Positions 33,543-36,461 of a stretch of 36,461 bases of DNA are shown piece by piece. Where the stretch lies: NCBI RefSeq assembly GCF_004010195.1, contig NC_057718.1, positions 97,885,300 through 97,921,760 on the forward strand, given 5' to 3'. The notes under the pieces are model-generated. The model did not search any database, had not been told where the DNA came from, and was given only the letters and a program-made list of their open reading frames with translations. Each line of letters begins with the position of its first letter. The first letter of the stretch is position 1. The translations under genes and the position numbers were made by a program. The DNA comes from Chiloscyllium plagiosum. Its lineage: Eukaryota.

Positions 33543-34516
33543 TTCAGGTACAGATTTCCCTGAAAGTGGAGTTGCAGGTGGACAGGACATGTTTGGCATG
33601 CTTGCTTTCATAGAACCCCTACAGTGGGGAAGCAGGCCATTCAGCCCATCAAGTCCGCACCCCACCCTCTGAAGAGCATCGCACCCAGACCCACCCCATC
33701 TCTGTAACCCTGTGGCTACTCCATCCTACATGCATATCCCTGACACAATTGGTCATTTAGCATGGCCAATACACCTAACCTGCACATTTTTAGACTGTAG
33801 GAGGAAACCAGAGGATGTGAAGAACCCACAGAAACGCGGGAAAACATGCAAACTCCACACAGTCATCAAGGCTGGAACTGAACTTGGGTCCCTGATGCTA
33901 TGAGGCAGCATAGCCAACCACTCTACATTGAGTGTTAGAGCTGGGACACCACATTGCAGCTGTACAGCACATTGATGAGGCCACTTTTAGAGTGTTGTGT
34001 ACCATCCTGGTCACCCTGTTACAGGAAGGGTGTTATTAAATTGGAAAGGGCAGAAAATATTTACAAGAATGTTACCAGAATTGGAGGGTTTGAGTTGAAA
34101 GGAGAGGTTGGATAGTGTGGGGCCTTTTTCCCTTGACCATAGGAAGCTGGGAGATGACCTTCTCGAGGTTTATGAAATTATGAGAGGCATAAGAAAAGGT
34201 GAATAGCAAAGGTATTTACTGAGGGTAGGAGAATCCAGAATTACAGGGCATAGGTTGAAGGTGAGAGGGGATTTAGAAGGGACCTTTTTCACAGAGAGGA
34301 TGTTATGTGTGTGGAATGAGCTGCCAGAGGAGGTGGTAGATGCAAATAAAGTTAAAATATTTTAAAAGGCATTTGGACAGGTAAATGAATAGGAAAGGTT
34401 TAGAAGGATATGGGCCAAATACAGGAAAATGGGATGAGTTTACCTTGGGAAACCTGGTCGGTGTGGACAGGTTGGACCAAAGGGTCAGTTTGCGTGCTGT
34501 ATGACTCTGTGACTGT
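33543..34516 (+). mobile_element. HER1/CR1 3' region split by HE1
   Basis: FGMLAFI before the SINE; LQLYSTLMRPLLE and FTRMLPELEGLS after it; tail tatgactctgtgact. Confidence 0.9.
33609..33922 (-). mobile_element. HE1-type V-SINE (internally duplicated variant)
   Basis: Similar to 158-451, with the head present. Confidence 0.9.
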
Positions 34517-34539
34517 ATTCACTGATGGGCTATAGGCAA

Positions 34540-34626
34540 CGCTGGCTGGGTTAGCCTTTACTGCCGTTCCCTAATTAACCATGAAAGGGTGATGAGGAGC
34601 TGCCTATTGAGTCACTGCACTCCATG
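34540..34626 (-). mobile_element. Decayed LINE 3' end (same family as 30385-30545)
   Basis: gctggctgggttagcc...gagctgcctattgagtcactgca. Confidence 0.5.
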
Positions 34627-35170
34627 TTCTCTTTACACAGTCAACTGGAAGCAAATTTTGGAAGTTACCGAGCTAGTAGCAGATGCTGCTGTATTATTCT
34701 TTCTTCTCTGGGTGCAGTGTGTACATGCCCTGTTTCCACTCCCCTACCCTCATATTTTATGCTGACAGCTGTTCCTTTCCCTGTGTGCAGGGCTCTCCCA
34801 CAGTGAATAAACAGCGACCACTTTCTGTGAAAACCTCCTGAGGTCCCCTGACCTCATCCCCTCTGTACTGTCTCCTCACATCGCTCCTGACCTGGTCGTT
34901 CACCTTCACTTAGAATGGAGGTATCAATCAGTGAAGCACCCAGCTTAGACCAGGTTGGATAGATAAAGGTAATGTGTATGTGGAGTTTAAGTTACTAATC
35001 AAGAGTGTATTTTGAGTTCCATTTGAGACTCCTCAATGAATTCGCTATGGAATGGAAAGGAATGTGTTGAACAATATCCCCATGTTGAACAGGGCAGTAA
35101 AAGGCTTTCAGAAATTTACCAGTGTTTTATTTTAAGTGAATAGTTTGGCACAAACATTTATTTCCACCTT

Positions 35171-35395
35171 TTGAGAGTGCGGTCCTGGAAAAGCACAGAG
35201 GTCAGGCAACGTCTGAGGAGCAAGAGAATCGACATTTTGGGTATAAGCCCTTCATTGGGAATGAGAGTCTCATTTCGAGTTTCTGCCCGAAACGTTGATT
35301 CTCCTGCTTCTCAGATGCTGCCTGACCTGCTGCGCTTTTCCAGCACTATGCTTTCGACTCTGATCTTCAGCATCTGCAGTCCTTCCTTTCTCCTA
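35171..35395. mobile_element. Palindromic PLE terminal-repeat insertion with ~15-bp TSD
   Basis: Arms about 35173-35243 and 35284-35355; atttatttccacctt (35156-70) vs attcatttccgcctt (35396-410). Confidence 0.85.
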
Positions 35396-35477
35396 ATTCA
35401 TTTCCGCCTTCCCTGTCCCATGCAGTCATGTCCACTGGACTTGGGGAATTTCTTTTTCAATCACTCAGCAGCCCAGT

Positions 35478-35557
35478 CGCACTTTTGGAGTTCATGGGAC
35501 CGGAACCTGGGTCTGCTGGTTCTGTGGTAGGAACACTACCACTCCACCACAAGAGCC
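35478..35557 (-). mobile_element. Family-C SINE head, decayed
   Basis: gggaccggaacctggg...cactaccactccaccacaagagcc. Confidence 0.55.
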
Positions 35558-36039
35558 TTACAGAGGAATGAGAGGAGGTTAGCTATTAGCTCTCTATCCA
35601 CTCAAAATATACCATTTAAGAATTGACTCTCTTCCAACCGCCTCCAGTGGTAGATATGTTCTAAATAATGACTCTATGACCATGACTCTATGCTATAGCG
35701 CATGTGCGATTGAACCTCAGCGACTGGTTTGGAGACAGGGACACTACATTATCCCTAGAATCCAGTTCTTTTCTAAGTGTGAATACTCACCACAAAATCA
35801 CCCATGTCACAAAGTCAACAATGAATGAATTACCAGTCCTTCCCACCAGAGGCAGTGCACCAGTAAGAAAAGGGAATGGTTCAGAAAAGGAGGAGGGGAC
35901 TCAGTCTGAATGAAGTGGAAATGGGAATTAATGCACCCCAGCACCTGCAGTGTCCACCTCTCTCTCTCTCTAAATCAGGAACCCAGCTCTTCACGTTTTA
36001 AACCTTCTCGATTTAAAGGTTCTGTTGATATTTTGTGGT

Positions 36040-36140
36040 TGACCTGTTCAGAGGTGTTATTGCACACCTCCAGAGCAGGTGGGACTTGAACCCCAGCCTC
36101 CTGGCTCAGAGATATGAACCCTGCCACTGCACCACACCGT
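36040..36140 (-). mobile_element. Family-C SINE head
   Basis: Matches 8672-8766. Confidence 0.7.
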
Positions 36141-36303
36141 AGCCCACAAACAAAGCTTTTTGTAAAGCAAAATTCTGTTCAGAATTATTATGCGCCTCTA
36201 CTGTGGATCTGAGACAGCAAAACTTACTGAGTACCTTGAAATGACTAATAAATCCCATGGAGATCCACAGAGACATCCATTTCCTCAGCAGAAGATGGAC
36301 CGC

Positions 36304-36461
36304 ATACAGACGCACACACAGACACACATACAAACCGAGACAGAGACACACACACAGACAGACACACACAGACAGACACACACAGACACACACAGACAGA
36401 CACACAGACTGACAGACACAGACACAGAGACACACACAGACACAGACAGAGAGACACACAG
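36304..36461. repeat. Compound (CA)n/(GACA)n microsatellite running off the window end
   Basis: Seen directly. Confidence 0.95.

Noticed and set aside
36106..36459. Cys/Val-rich ORFs (also the RE-rich ORFs at 20911-21234)
   Set aside because: Microsatellite translations.

Overview
Repeat-dense vertebrate non-coding DNA, almost certainly from an elasmobranch (shark) genome, and probably the inside of a large intron (inference). No intact protein-coding gene is present: the listed ORFs come from SINEs, decayed LINEs, microsatellites or chance. Recognisable content: 12 HE1-type tRNA-derived V-SINEs; about 6 copies of a second tRNA-derived SINE; 3 heads of a third; many CR1/HER1-type LINE fragments; 3 Rex1/Babar fragments; Penelope-like element (PLE) remnants, including a GIY-YIG relic and terminal repeats with minimal hammerhead-ribozyme cores, several arranged as palindromes with long TSDs; a TA-flanked Tc1/pogo-type MITE; two possible solo LTRs; microsatellites; and a 62-N gap. 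The most notable unexplained structures are (i) a ~180-bp inverted duplication of local DNA (23797-23973 / 24280-24472), with one arm inside a SINE, that brackets a candidate 30-nt microexon; (ii) two further short candidate exons with strong splice signals in repeat-poor DNA; (iii) the hammerhead-bearing palindromes; and (iv) a triplicated SINE 5' end. I found no convincing novel multi-gene system. Family names come from recalled motifs, not database searches, and element boundaries are approximate.
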